From: Minisyncoccia bacterium
Lineage (GTDB): Bacteria; Patescibacteriota; Minisyncoccia; Phycocordibacterales; JAKFXT01
DNA length: 64,000 nucleotides
Assembly: GCA_041485465.1 (NCBI GenBank)
Contig: JBGPJO010000001.1
Span: forward strand, 29,017-93,016
Direction of reading: 5' to 3'
The notes below the pieces were generated by a model, which worked only from the letters and a program-made list of their open reading frames with translations, was not told the origin of the DNA and did no database searches. Each line of letters begins with the position of its first letter. The first letter of the stretch is position 1. A program made the translations under genes and the position numbers. Below, one piece after another: positions 10,491-19,935 of the stretch.

Positions 10491-11447
10491 CTACTTTCCC
10501 TTTTTCTTTTTTGCCGTTTTTGCTTTCTCTCTTATCTTTACCGGCTCGGGTTTCTTCTCGGAGAGAAGGGTGATGCCCTTTGTCACAATCGGCAGAATAT
10601 CCTCGTAAAAATTCAGGTTCAAAGTATCGGCAATTTTAAACCATTGCGCCGCATCGAGTCCGCCGGTTTTTTTGAGCTTTACTTCTTTAAACAGAGCACT
10701 TGCCAGAAAATAGTTAACCTGTTTTCTTATTTTCCCTTTTTCCGGATCAGAAGCGACATACTCGTTACTACCAAGCTTTTCTTCGGGAATGATAGCGATT
10801 CCTATCTCTTCGCGAATGACTCGCTTAACACCATCTTCAAGAGATTCTGTCTCGATTATATGTCCTTTTGAAAGAGTCCAATGGCCAAAAATATCATGGA
10901 CGAGTGCGAGGTAAATTTCCCCTTCGTGGTGGGCATAAATCACCGCGCCGGCGAGTTTTTCGACCGGCATTTTCTCGAAGGGAACATTCGCGATTTTCTT
11001 CCGCTTCGAAACCTCATCCTTCCCCGGCTCTCCGAGTTCTTTATAGACGGCGCCGAGAACGCCGTTCACGAATTTACCGCTATTTTCGCCGCCGTAGGCT
11101 TTGGCAAGTTCTATTGCCTCGTTAATGGCAACTTTTGCGGGAACCTCGGAACGATTGGCAAATAAAAGTTCGTACAAGCCGATCCTGAGAATATTCCGGT
11201 CAACGGTTGAAATTTTATCGATCGGCCAGTCCGGCGCCGCTTTTTCTATGACAAGGTCAAGATCTTTACGTTTGGCGAGAAGACCTCGGCTTAAAGAATC
11301 CATAAAAGGAAAATCGCTTGCACCAGAGCTGAATTCTTTGGCGTTTCGCTCAATAATCGCGGGTATCGCCGGTTCGGGTAGTTTCATAAAGTCCCACTCA
11401 AAAAGGGATTGGAGAACAATAGATCTTGAAATGTGCCGATTCGCCAT
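10491..11447 (-). CDS. nusB: NusB antitermination factor fused to a C-terminal Nudix hydrolase domain
   Basis: Residues ~1-140 have a NusB fold (RNILRIGLYELLF..., FVNGVLGAVYKEL). Residues ~150-300 carry a Nudix box: GHWTLSKGHIIETESLEDGVKRVIREEIGI. Confidence 0.75.
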   Translation of the reverse strand: MANRHISRSIVLQSLFEWDFMKLPEPAIPAIIERNAKEFSSGASDFPFMDSLSRGLLAKRKDLDLVIEKAAPDWPIDKISTVDRNILRIGLYELLFANRSEVPAKVAINEAIELAKAYGGENSGKFVNGVLGAVYKELGEPGKDEVSKRKKIANVPFEKMPVEKLAGAVIYAHHEGEIYLALVHDIFGHWTLSKGHIIETESLEDGVKRVIREEIGIAIIPEEKLGSNEYVASDPEKGKIRKQVNYFLASALFKEVKLKKTGGLDAAQWFKIADTLNLNFYEDILPIVTKGITLLSEKKPEPVKIREKAKTAKKKKGK

Positions 11448-11534
11448 ATTGCTTTGTAAGTGAACATGCCGTTTTCGGGAGGCACCCGGGCCGGAATTTC
11501 CGGCTAATCCGCATCAGATCTCCCCTTCAAGGAT

Positions 11535-11783
11535 TTAGGATTCCTTGGCGCGAGAGGTGGTTTCCGTAGCGGCTTTCTTTTTTATCTTAGCATTCTTTTT
11601 GGCAATTTTTGCCGCAACGTCCACAACCATTCTGCCGTTGTACTTGCCACAGGAAGGACAGGCATGATGCGGAAGCCGGAGTGCCCCGCAATCGGGACAC
11701 TTTGAAAAACGCCCTCCTGTGAGCGCGTGGTGACTTCGGCGATTCGCCGTGTGCGCCCGCGTATGTCGCATTCGTACAACCAT
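11535..11783 (-). CDS. rpmF: 50S ribosomal protein L32 with lysine-rich C-terminal tail
   Basis: RRSHHALT... and CPxC...CPxC zinc-ribbon pattern of L32. Confidence 0.8.
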   Translation of the reverse strand: MVVRMRHTRAHTANRRSHHALTGGRFSKCPDCGALRLPHHACPSCGKYNGRMVVDVAAKIAKKNAKIKKKAATETTSRAKES

Positions 11784-11859
11784 AGTGGCTAAACCTTAAC
11801 AGAAAGTCCTAATTCGGGCAAGAAAAAGCACTCCTACCTGGAGCGCTTTTGTTCCATGT

Positions 11860-12210
11860 TTATTCAGGCAAGGGATTATCGATCACGACGAGATTTTCAT
11901 AATCATCGAGAGAGATACAACAACAAACCTCTTTTCTCTTGACCATCCTGTCGAGAGTCTTTTCGGCTGCCGACTGAGGACCCGTAAAACCGATTTTTTC
12001 TATCCGGCGAGTCCTGCGGTTAGCAACCACAAAAGGCAAATTGAACGGGTAATCGAGTTTTTGTCGACCACCGCACCATTTTGTTTTTGCGATCAGTGAG
12101 TCAAGGTACGCTTGATCAAGATCGACGGTTCCTCCCAGAGAGAGGGCGTTTAAATTTAACTCGGCAGGTTTAGCGCCTGATGCTTCTGCCGTCGTCTCAT
12201 TTCCCTTCAT
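11860..12210 (-). CDS. Hypothetical protein upstream of rpmF (possibly a degenerate YceD/DUF177-like protein)
   Basis: Sits where DUF177/YceD usually precedes rpmF, and has a Cys cluster near the C-terminus. No firm motif match. Confidence 0.3.
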   Translation of the reverse strand: MKGNETTAEASGAKPAELNLNALSLGGTVDLDQAYLDSLIAKTKWCGGRQKLDYPFNLPFVVANRRTRRIEKIGFTGPQSAAEKTLDRMVKRKEVCCCISLDDYENLVVIDNPLPE

Positions 12211-12287
12211 TCTTACTTCCCCCTAACATCACTGTTTGAGTTCAAGAAAGATTTTTGTACAACCTTTCTTAACTTAGCACGAGATCT

Positions 12288-12902
12288 TTAAACATTCAAA
12301 TCCCCAAGAAAATTCCCAAGAAAACTTTTACGATGGATGTCGGAGAGACCGTGCTTTCTTATTTTCTGAATGTGTTTCTTTGTTCCGTATCCTTTATGTA
12401 TTTCGAAATCATAATTTGGAAATTCTTTGGCTTTACGCTTCATATGTCCGTCTCTTTTGACTTTGGCCACGATTGAAGCGAGGGCGATTATTTTTTCTTT
12501 TTCGTCCCCACGAATAATCGTTTTTTGGTTTTTAAACCTATCCGGCGCATACAAACTACCGTCAAGAAGAAGAAAGGAGCGTCTCGGCTCTATTTTTAAC
12601 TTTTGAAGAGAACGGGTGAGCGCGATTGTAATTGCTTTCACGATTCCTTTCTTGTCTATCGTTCGACTGCCGACAAGGGAGGCGGAATAAAGAATCGCTT
12701 CCGAAGGGTGATTTCTGATTTTTTTAATCCAGGCTTCGCGAACTTTCTCAGAAATCTTTTTTGAATCTTTGACATCTTTGAACTCACGAAGGATTGAACG
12801 ATAAAGGATTTTCGGAATGGCGATTGCCGCAACCGAAACGGGGCCCGCAAGCGGACCGCGGCCGGCCTCGTCAATTCCAATAATGAATTTTTGTCCTCTC
12901 AT
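12288..12902 (-). CDS. rnhB: Ribonuclease HII
   Basis: IGIDEAGRGPLAGPV active-site motif. Start trimmed to MRGQKFIIGIDEAG. Confidence 0.85.
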   Translation of the reverse strand: MRGQKFIIGIDEAGRGPLAGPVSVAAIAIPKILYRSILREFKDVKDSKKISEKVREAWIKKIRNHPSEAILYSASLVGSRTIDKKGIVKAITIALTRSLQKLKIEPRRSFLLLDGSLYAPDRFKNQKTIIRGDEKEKIIALASIVAKVKRDGHMKRKAKEFPNYDFEIHKGYGTKKHIQKIRKHGLSDIHRKSFLGNFLGDLNV

Positions 12903-12930
12903 TACAGCTCGTATTGTAACAGGATATACT

Positions 12931-15900
12931 ATGGGCATGAGACCGTTCATCCATCTCCACACCCACAGCCATTACAGCCTGCTTTCGGCTCTGCCGAAAA
13001 TTCCCGACCTGGTCAAAGCCGCGAAGGACGAGGGCATGGAAGCACTTGCTCTTACGGACGCAGGAAATCTCTACGGGGCAATTGAATTTTATAAAGAATG
13101 TAAGACACAAGGAATAAAACCCGTTATTGGCGTTGATTTTTATCTCGCCCTAAGGAGTAGACTTGATAAGCAGGCAAACGTAGATAACCGGCGTTACCGC
13201 CTCGTACTTCTTGCAAAAGATATTGTCGGCTATAAAAACCTCATTAAACTCGTTACCGCCTCGTATCTTGAAGGCTTCTATTACAAGCCGCGCATAGATA
13301 AAGAGCTCCTTGAAAAGCATTCTGAAGGACTTATCGCGATACTTCCCTCTTTTTCTGGTGATGTCGCTTTCGCTCTTCGCATGGGAGATGCCGAGAAAGC
13401 AAAGGGTTTTCTTGGTGAATATAAAAAACTTTTTAAAAATGATCTCTATATCGAGATTACACATCACCCTGAAATCGAAGGGCATGAAAATTTAATGCGC
13501 CAGCTTGAAAAACTCTCGAGTGAAAGCGGAGTGCCCTTGGTTGGGGGACACGATGTTTATTACCTTTCTCCCGAGGATAAGAAGGCGCGCGAAACGCTTC
13601 TCTCCATCCAAAACAATGCCGATTTTGAAAAGAGCGGTTTTGAGAGCGACCAAAGTGATTTTTCTTTTATCAGTGTTGAACAGGCGAATGCATATTTCAA
13701 AGAAAACAAAGAGGCGCTTGATAATACAAAAAAAATTGCCGACCGGTGTAATCTTGAGCTTACGTTAGGCGAGTGGGTATTTCCGGACCTTAAACTTGAG
13801 AAAAGCGCCGACCTCACCCTGCTTGATCTTGTGCGCGCCGGCCTGAAGTCCCGCAATGTAAAAGAAACCCCTGAAATCAAAGAACGTATAGACTATGAAC
13901 TCACCATCATAAAAAATAAGGGCTATGCACGATACTTTCTCGTCGTCTCCGATCTTCTCCTTCACGCCAGAGAAAAGGGCATTCTCACAACAACCCGCGG
14001 CTCGGCTGCCGGTTCTCTCGTTTCCTACTTGTGCTACATCACAACAGTTGATCCAATTGAATTCAAACTGCCCTTTGAGCGTTTCCTCAATCCGGAACGC
14101 CCTAAGGCACCGGACATCGACATGGACATCGCCGACAACCGTCGGGATGAAATGATCGAGTATACGAAGAAAAAGTACGGGGAGGATCGCGTCGCTCAAA
14201 TCGGAACGTTTGGCACGATGATGGCGCGCGGCGCCGTGCGCGATGTAGCGAGAGCCTTGGGTTTTCCCTACGATACCGGGGACAAAATCTCAAAACTGAT
14301 TCCTGTTGGCTCCCAGGGTTTCCCCATGTCGATTGATCGGGCGCTCCAGATTACTCCGGAACTCCAAGAGATGTATAAAAAAGAAAAGGACGTCAAGGAA
14401 ATCATTGATAGGGCGAAAAAGATCGAGGGGTGCGCACGCCACATCTCGGTCCATGCCGCAGGAGTGGTAATTGCCCCTTCCCCGCTATCAGATTGGACGC
14501 CGCTCCAACTTGATCCAAAGGGCGGCAAACTGATTACCCAGTACGACATGTATGCAATCACGGATGAATATGGCGGCGTCGGACTTCTCAAATTCGACTT
14601 TCTTGGCATACGGAATCTTGCAATTCTTGCCGACGCGGTTCGCCTTGTTAAGAAACTGCGTAACATTGCTATAGACATAGAAAACATTCCGCTTGATAAC
14701 AAAAAAACATTCGAGATGCTCGCCAAGGGCGAGACTGCGGGTCTTTTTCAACTGAATGGTTCCGGCATGACCCACCACCTCAAAGAGCTAAAGCCAACAA
14801 CGATCTACGATATAAATGCCATGGTGGCTCTCTACCGTCCCGGGCCGATGGAATCGATTCCGCACTATATCGAACGCAAGCATGATGCCTCAAAAATTGA
14901 ATTCATTGATCCGCGCCTTAAAGAGATCCTTGGTCAATCCTACGGCGTCGTTACTTACCAGGATGACGTCCTTCTTATCGCCGTTAAACTTGCGGGCTAC
15001 TCCTGGCTTGAGACGGACGCGCTACGGAAAGCGATGGGTAAAAAAATCCCCGTTGAAATGGAGGCTCAGAAAGAAAAACTAATTAAGGGTTTTATCAATT
15101 ACGGTAAGATTTCTCCGGCAAAGGCGGATGTTCTCTGGCGCCTGATCGAACCCTTTGCCTCATATGGTTTCAATAAGGCGCACGCCGCAAGTTACGGCAA
15201 AGTCGCCTACCAGACCGCGTACATGAAAGCGAATTTCCCCGGCGAATACATGACAGCGATTTTGACCGCGGAAGCCGGCGACCTCGACAAAGTCTCAGAA
15301 ATCATCGCTGAATGTAAACGGATGGGCATTGCTGTTTTGCCCCCTGATATTAATGAAAGCTTTAAAGATTTTACTCTGGTGCGGGAAAATCCTGATAATT
15401 ATGCCAGCGACACGATTCGTTTCGGCCTCGGTAGTATAAAAAATTTCGGCGAGGGCGTTGCGGAGTCAATTATCACGGAGCGTAAGGCAGCCGGAAAATT
15501 TTCTTCTCTTGGCAATTTTATTGAACGTATTAGAGACCGTAATCTTAATAAAAAATCTCTTGAAGCACTCATTTTTTCTGGTGCCCTTGATGCCTCGGGC
15601 GAGCGCGGAGAAATGGCGGCAAACATTGAGGACCTGCTTTCCTACAACAAAGAATCCCTCAAACTTTCCGACCAAACCTCGCTTTTTGGAGTGAGCTCAA
15701 AAACAAACGAACTTACTTTAAGACCCGCCGATCCAATGCCAAAAGAAGAGAGGTTGAAATGGGAAAAAGAGCTTCTCGGTCTTTATGTTTCCGGGCATCC
15801 GCTTGATAAATTCAAGAAAAAGCTCGAAGGTAAGACGATGACTATAAGCAAAATAAAAAACGAACTTCAGTCCGGTATGCTTGCCGTTGCTTCTGGATTG

Positions 15901-16119
15901 ATTGAAGAGATAAAACCGATTTTAACCAAAAAAGGCGACCGGATGCTCTTTGTCAGACTTGCGGATTTCACTGGCTCAATCGAGATTGTTGTTTTCCCGC
16001 GAGTATACGAGGGCGCGAAAAGTTTTCTTAATCAAGAGCAGTGCGTCGCGATCAAAGGTCAGATTACCAACCGCGATGGTACACTCGGAATGGTGGCGGA
16101 GGCGGTCAAAGCTTTGTAA
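12931..16119 (+). CDS. dnaE: DNA polymerase III alpha subunit
   Basis: PHP domain (HLHTHSHYSLL), the polymerase core and a C-terminal OB region. Start set at the ATG at 12931 (MGMRPFIHLHTH); the longer ORF-track start would overlap rnhB. Confidence 0.9.
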   Translation: MGMRPFIHLHTHSHYSLLSALPKIPDLVKAAKDEGMEALALTDAGNLYGAIEFYKECKTQGIKPVIGVDFYLALRSRLDKQANVDNRRYRLVLLAKDIVGYKNLIKLVTASYLEGFYYKPRIDKELLEKHSEGLIAILPSFSGDVAFALRMGDAEKAKGFLGEYKKLFKNDLYIEITHHPEIEGHENLMRQLEKLSSESGVPLVGGHDVYYLSPEDKKARETLLSIQNNADFEKSGFESDQSDFSFISVEQANAYFKENKEALDNTKKIADRCNLELTLGEWVFPDLKLEKSADLTLLDLVRAGLKSRNVKETPEIKERIDYELTIIKNKGYARYFLVVSDLLLHAREKGILTTTRGSAAGSLVSYLCYITTVDPIEFKLPFERFLNPERPKAPDIDMDIADNRRDEMIEYTKKKYGEDRVAQIGTFGTMMARGAVRDVARALGFPYDTGDKISKLIPVGSQGFPMSIDRALQITPELQEMYKKEKDVKEIIDRAKKIEGCARHISVHAAGVVIAPSPLSDWTPLQLDPKGGKLITQYDMYAITDEYGGVGLLKFDFLGIRNLAILADAVRLVKKLRNIAIDIENIPLDNKKTFEMLAKGETAGLFQLNGSGMTHHLKELKPTTIYDINAMVALYRPGPMESIPHYIERKHDASKIEFIDPRLKEILGQSYGVVTYQDDVLLIAVKLAGYSWLETDALRKAMGKKIPVEMEAQKEKLIKGFINYGKISPAKADVLWRLIEPFASYGFNKAHAASYGKVAYQTAYMKANFPGEYMTAILTAEAGDLDKVSEIIAECKRMGIAVLPPDINESFKDFTLVRENPDNYASDTIRFGLGSIKNFGEGVAESIITERKAAGKFSSLGNFIERIRDRNLNKKSLEALIFSGALDASGERGEMAANIEDLLSYNKESLKLSDQTSLFGVSSKTNELTLRPADPMPKEERLKWEKELLGLYVSGHPLDKFKKKLEGKTMTISKIKNELQSGMLAVASGLIEEIKPILTKKGDRMLFVRLADFTGSIEIVVFPRVYEGAKSFLNQEQCVAIKGQITNRDGTLGMVAEAVKAL

Positions 16120-16159
16120 ATTCTTTTTTTATAATTTTTTTTAAGTTATCATAAGCGTT

Positions 16160-17404
16160 ATGTCATCTGATGAGGCTTCAAAAGATAATGACCATAAAAA
16201 ACTAGGGCGGGAACTTGATTTGTTTGCCTTTTCGAGTGACGTCGGTAAAGGTCTCCCCCTATGGACTCCGAAAGGCTCTATTGTCAGGCGCGAGCTTGAG
16301 CGATTTATAGTCGACGAGGAATTAAAGCGTGGTTACAGTCATGTGTATACGCCCTCAATCGCCAAACTAGATCTCTACAAGAAATCCGGTCACTACCCTC
16401 ACTTTAAGGAGTCAATGTACGCGCCAATAGAAATTGACGGCGAAGAATTTATGCTTCGTCCCATGACCTGCCCACATCATTTTGAACTCTATCTTCGACA
16501 TCCGGTGAGCTATCGGGAGCTCCCGATGCGAATCGCCGAACTCGCCCAGCTTTATCGCTATGAGCAATCGGGAGAGCTCATGGGATTACAGCGCGTGCGG
16601 ACATTCTGCCTTGCGGATGCTCATATTATTTGCGCCGATGAAGAACAGGCTATGGATGAGATTAACTCCTGCCTTGACCTCATTGAATATATTACCGGCA
16701 TCTTTGGACTTACCTACGGAAAAGAATACCAGTACCGCCTCTCGCTTGGCGATCGAAAAAATGCCGAAAAATACTATAAAAATGACGAGGCATGGGAAAA
16801 AGGGGAGGCACTTCTTCGGGATCTCCTTAAAAAGCGGGGAAATAAATTTTATGAAGGTGAAGATGAAGCTGCTTTTTACGGCCCGAAAATCGATATACAA
16901 ATGAAAAACGTCAACGGCAAAGAAGATACCGCCTTCACCGTTCAGTATGATTTCTGTATGCCCGATCGCTTTGATTTAAGTTATATAGCAAAAGATGGCA
17001 GTAAAAAGAGAGCGTTCGTCGTCCATCGCTCCTCAATCGGTGCGATAGAGCGAAGTGTCGCTTTTTTGATTGAGCATTATGGCGGAGCTTTCCCCCTCTG
17101 GCTCTCACCCGTGCAAGTTAAAATTCTCGCGATCAGCGAAGCCCACCATAAATACGCCGGTGAAATTTATGAAAAATTAAAAGACAACGGCATTAGGGTA
17201 GGACTTGATATTGAAAACGAAAGTCTTGGTAAAAAGATTCGTTCGGCAAAACTCGAGAAGATCCCGTATCTTCTGGTGGTTGGAGACAAGGAAGTTGAAT
17301 CAAAAACAGCTTCGGTTGAGAGTCGGGATAAAGGTGCTCTTGGAGCAATGGCTCTTTCTGATTTTCTTGATCAGATAAAATCAGAAGTCAAAAATCACAG
17401 ATAA
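16160..17404 (+). CDS. thrS: Threonyl-tRNA synthetase, catalytic plus anticodon-binding domains only (no N-terminal TGS/editing domains)
   Basis: Class II motifs present. The sequence aligns from the start of the ThrRS catalytic core, and at 414 aa it is well short of the ~640 aa of canonical bacterial ThrRS. Confidence 0.8.
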   Translation: MSSDEASKDNDHKKLGRELDLFAFSSDVGKGLPLWTPKGSIVRRELERFIVDEELKRGYSHVYTPSIAKLDLYKKSGHYPHFKESMYAPIEIDGEEFMLRPMTCPHHFELYLRHPVSYRELPMRIAELAQLYRYEQSGELMGLQRVRTFCLADAHIICADEEQAMDEINSCLDLIEYITGIFGLTYGKEYQYRLSLGDRKNAEKYYKNDEAWEKGEALLRDLLKKRGNKFYEGEDEAAFYGPKIDIQMKNVNGKEDTAFTVQYDFCMPDRFDLSYIAKDGSKKRAFVVHRSSIGAIERSVAFLIEHYGGAFPLWLSPVQVKILAISEAHHKYAGEIYEKLKDNGIRVGLDIENESLGKKIRSAKLEKIPYLLVVGDKEVESKTASVESRDKGALGAMALSDFLDQIKSEVKNHR

Positions 17405-17429
17405 AAATTCCAGCAATAAGCCCGAATTT

Positions 17430-19904
17430 TTATACCATCTCGTTTATTTTCAAAGAATAAGAATCTCTCAGAGATTCTTTCTCTACAAGATCGAGTGTTT
17501 TTGAAAAAGCGAGTTTTGCCGCCATGTGACTTGAAGAATAGCTTTCATCAAATGCCCCAACTAAAATCCCTATCACCTTTTCAAGCATCTCGTTTCTCCA
17601 GCTAGAGACGGCAGTGACTGCGTAATCATCGGCTCCTGGTTCACGCTCGATGCGAAAGCGATAGACTCGGTCAAGCTCGAACGCAACCGCTTTCACAAAA
17701 TCAGAAACGGCATGTCCCTGATGATTGAGTATCCGGAGGAAATTGAATATTTTTTTATGATCATTGTCAGCAATCCAGCGGATAAAAAGCGGCACCAGAG
17801 AAACGTAGGTTGAGAAAAGAATGGCCCGCGCCTTTTTACCATCAAGCAGAAGATAATTCCCTTCCAAGGTTGGGTACCATTCTTTAGCAAGCGTAATTAT
17901 CTGATTAAGTATCTTGTTTACATTTTGAGGGTTCCCTTCGGAAGCGGCTAGAACGATTTCAATTGCATCTTCCACAATAAGAGCCCCCTCTGCCCGCGCC
18001 ATGTCCTCAAGATTTTCTTTCACCTCTTCAGTTGAAGCCGCGTCCTTTAAAATTGGTAATTTTACATCTTCTAAAATGGGTTCCGTGACTTCGTTTTCAG
18101 CCCTATCCGCAGCTTCAGAAAAAGAAACCTGCCCAAAAGAGGAGTGTGTTTCATTGGTTTTTATTTTAGGAATTCTTTTTGTTATGAGAGTAAAAGAAAA
18201 TAGACGCCGATAGATCTGAAGATACGCAAGTCCAACTGAAAAAACCATGAGCATCAAGAGAAAGAGAAGCGTCTTAAAAACATCCCCTACTCCTGTGTAT
18301 GGTACTTGACTCAAGTAAATGGCCGCAAAAGCCGCAAGGGGGCTCGTTGTCGCGCGTGTCAAAACAACGGTCGGAGCGAAAGGTCCCCCGCCGCCACCCC
18401 CGCCGCCGCCACAATTAATTACACAACCACCTCCGCCTCCGCCTCCGCCGCCACCCTCCGTAACACTAATGGCCAGGTTCTTTTGATCAAAGCCGCACTG
18501 ATTAGCCGCCTTAATGGTTATGGTAAAACTACCGGTCGTTGTCGGCGTGCCGGAGAGTAGATTCGTTGAAGTTGAAAATGTGAGCCACGAGGGCAGATTC
18601 GTCACATCAAGCGTGTCGAGAGTACCTGAGGTGGTAAGGGTATACGAGAACGGCTGATTAACCACAACAGAGGCGAAGAGGCCGCTTGTGATTTGAGGCA
18701 CCGGGGCTGCTGAACAGCCTCCGCCACCACCCCCTTCCGTAATCGTTATGACAAGAGTTTTTTGATCAAAGCCGCAACTGTTTGACGCATTGAGCGTGAT
18801 AGTGAATGTGCCGGTCGTTGTAGGTGTTCCGGAAATAATCAGAGTTGAAGTCGAAAATGTGAGCCACGGAGGAAGGTTGGTTGCCAAAAACGTACTGACC
18901 GTCCCCGTTGCCGTCATTGTGTAACTGAAAGGAACTCCAACGGTACCGGATGCTGAAAGAGGGCCTGTAATCGAAGGCGCGGGTATTTGACACTGTCCTG
19001 CGGTAATAATTATGACAAGAGGAGCTGCTCCCGAACCACATTGATTTTGGGCGCTAATCGTTACCGTCGATGTTCCTACCGAAGTTGGTATTCCGGAAAT
19101 CACTCCCGTTGAAGTGGCGAGATGTAAACCGGGTGGCAAATTAAGTACCCCAAAAGAAGCCGCTGTATTGCTTGAAGTAATGCTATAGCTAAACGGCTGA
19201 CCAACAACTCCTTCGGCAAGAGAAGCACTGGTGATAATCGGCGCTCCGGGAATACATATAGCTCCCTTTACCGCGATGACAATCGTCATGTGGCAATGGC
19301 CACAACCATTTTGAGAAGTTAAAGCAACAGTTGAAGTGCCCATTTCAATCGGAGTTCCGGAAATGACGAGACCTGATAGATTGAGTCCTTGAGGAAGGCC
19401 GCTTGCGTTAACCGTGACCGAGTTAGTGCTGGTCGCAAGTTCTATAGTATAGCTGAAGGGCACTCCGATCGTTGCTTCAAGAGAAACATTTGTAAATTTA
19501 AAAATCGGCAAAACGCATTGACTGCTACTTGAACTTGAGGAACTGCTGGAACTGCTACTTGAACTCGAACCTTCATTTGAGCTCAAAGAAGAGTCCGAAG
19601 AATTACTACCACTTAAAGAAGAGCTCGAGTCCGAAGTTGAACTTGAAGGACTTGATGTGCTGCTATCGCCGGGAGCTGAAGCCACAGCGGTATCTGAAAC
19701 GCTTTCCGCGGACCCACTAGTAGCTGTAGAGGAAGACGATGCTATAGAAGATGTGGAAGCATCAGCCGCTTCCGCAATGACATGATAGAGGTTTGCCTCA
19801 AGATAACTATTGCCGGTAAACAAAAAAATCCCAAACAAAAGAGCCGAAAGACCGATCGCCGGTTTTAAATATTTTTTAGATTTTTTATTTTTTTCTCTGT
19901 TCAT
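17430..19904 (-). CDS. Cell-surface type I membrane protein with four putative Ig-like repeats
   Basis: Signal peptide, then a Ser-rich low-complexity stretch (~19520-19757). Four repeats of LPxGLxLsxxtGxISGTP...C follow, with poly-Gly linkers (18385-18459). Then a single TM helix (~18200-18340) and a ~290-aa C-terminal domain of unknown function. Confidence 0.6.
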   Translation of the reverse strand: MNREKNKKSKKYLKPAIGLSALLFGIFLFTGNSYLEANLYHVIAEAADASTSSIASSSSTATSGSAESVSDTAVASAPGDSSTSSPSSSTSDSSSSLSGSNSSDSSLSSNEGSSSSSSSSSSSSSSSSQCVLPIFKFTNVSLEATIGVPFSYTIELATSTNSVTVNASGLPQGLNLSGLVISGTPIEMGTSTVALTSQNGCGHCHMTIVIAVKGAICIPGAPIITSASLAEGVVGQPFSYSITSSNTAASFGVLNLPPGLHLATSTGVISGIPTSVGTSTVTISAQNQCGSGAAPLVIIITAGQCQIPAPSITGPLSASGTVGVPFSYTMTATGTVSTFLATNLPPWLTFSTSTLIISGTPTTTGTFTITLNASNSCGFDQKTLVITITEGGGGGGCSAAPVPQITSGLFASVVVNQPFSYTLTTSGTLDTLDVTNLPSWLTFSTSTNLLSGTPTTTGSFTITIKAANQCGFDQKNLAISVTEGGGGGGGGGGCVINCGGGGGGGGGPFAPTVVLTRATTSPLAAFAAIYLSQVPYTGVGDVFKTLLFLLMLMVFSVGLAYLQIYRRLFSFTLITKRIPKIKTNETHSSFGQVSFSEAADRAENEVTEPILEDVKLPILKDAASTEEVKENLEDMARAEGALIVEDAIEIVLAASEGNPQNVNKILNQIITLAKEWYPTLEGNYLLLDGKKARAILFSTYVSLVPLFIRWIADNDHKKIFNFLRILNHQGHAVSDFVKAVAFELDRVYRFRIEREPGADDYAVTAVSSWRNEMLEKVIGILVGAFDESYSSSHMAAKLAFSKTLDLVEKESLRDSYSLKINEMV

Positions 19905-19935
19905 AGATCTTTCGCTTTCTGATTTTTAGAAATGA

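Noticed and set aside
12817-12930. Longer N-terminal extension of dnaE starting at 12817
   Set aside because: It would overlap the rnhB coding region on the opposite strand by ~85 nt, and the extension lacks polymerase similarity. The ATG at 12931 (MGMRPFIHLHTH) matches the conserved PHP-domain start.
17430-19904. LPxTG sortase signal in the 824-aa surface protein
   Set aside because: The LPxGL/LPxWL strings occur inside the Ig-like repeats, not at the C-terminus before a TM/positive tail. The protein's TM helix is internal and is followed by a large domain, so it is not a classical sortase substrate.
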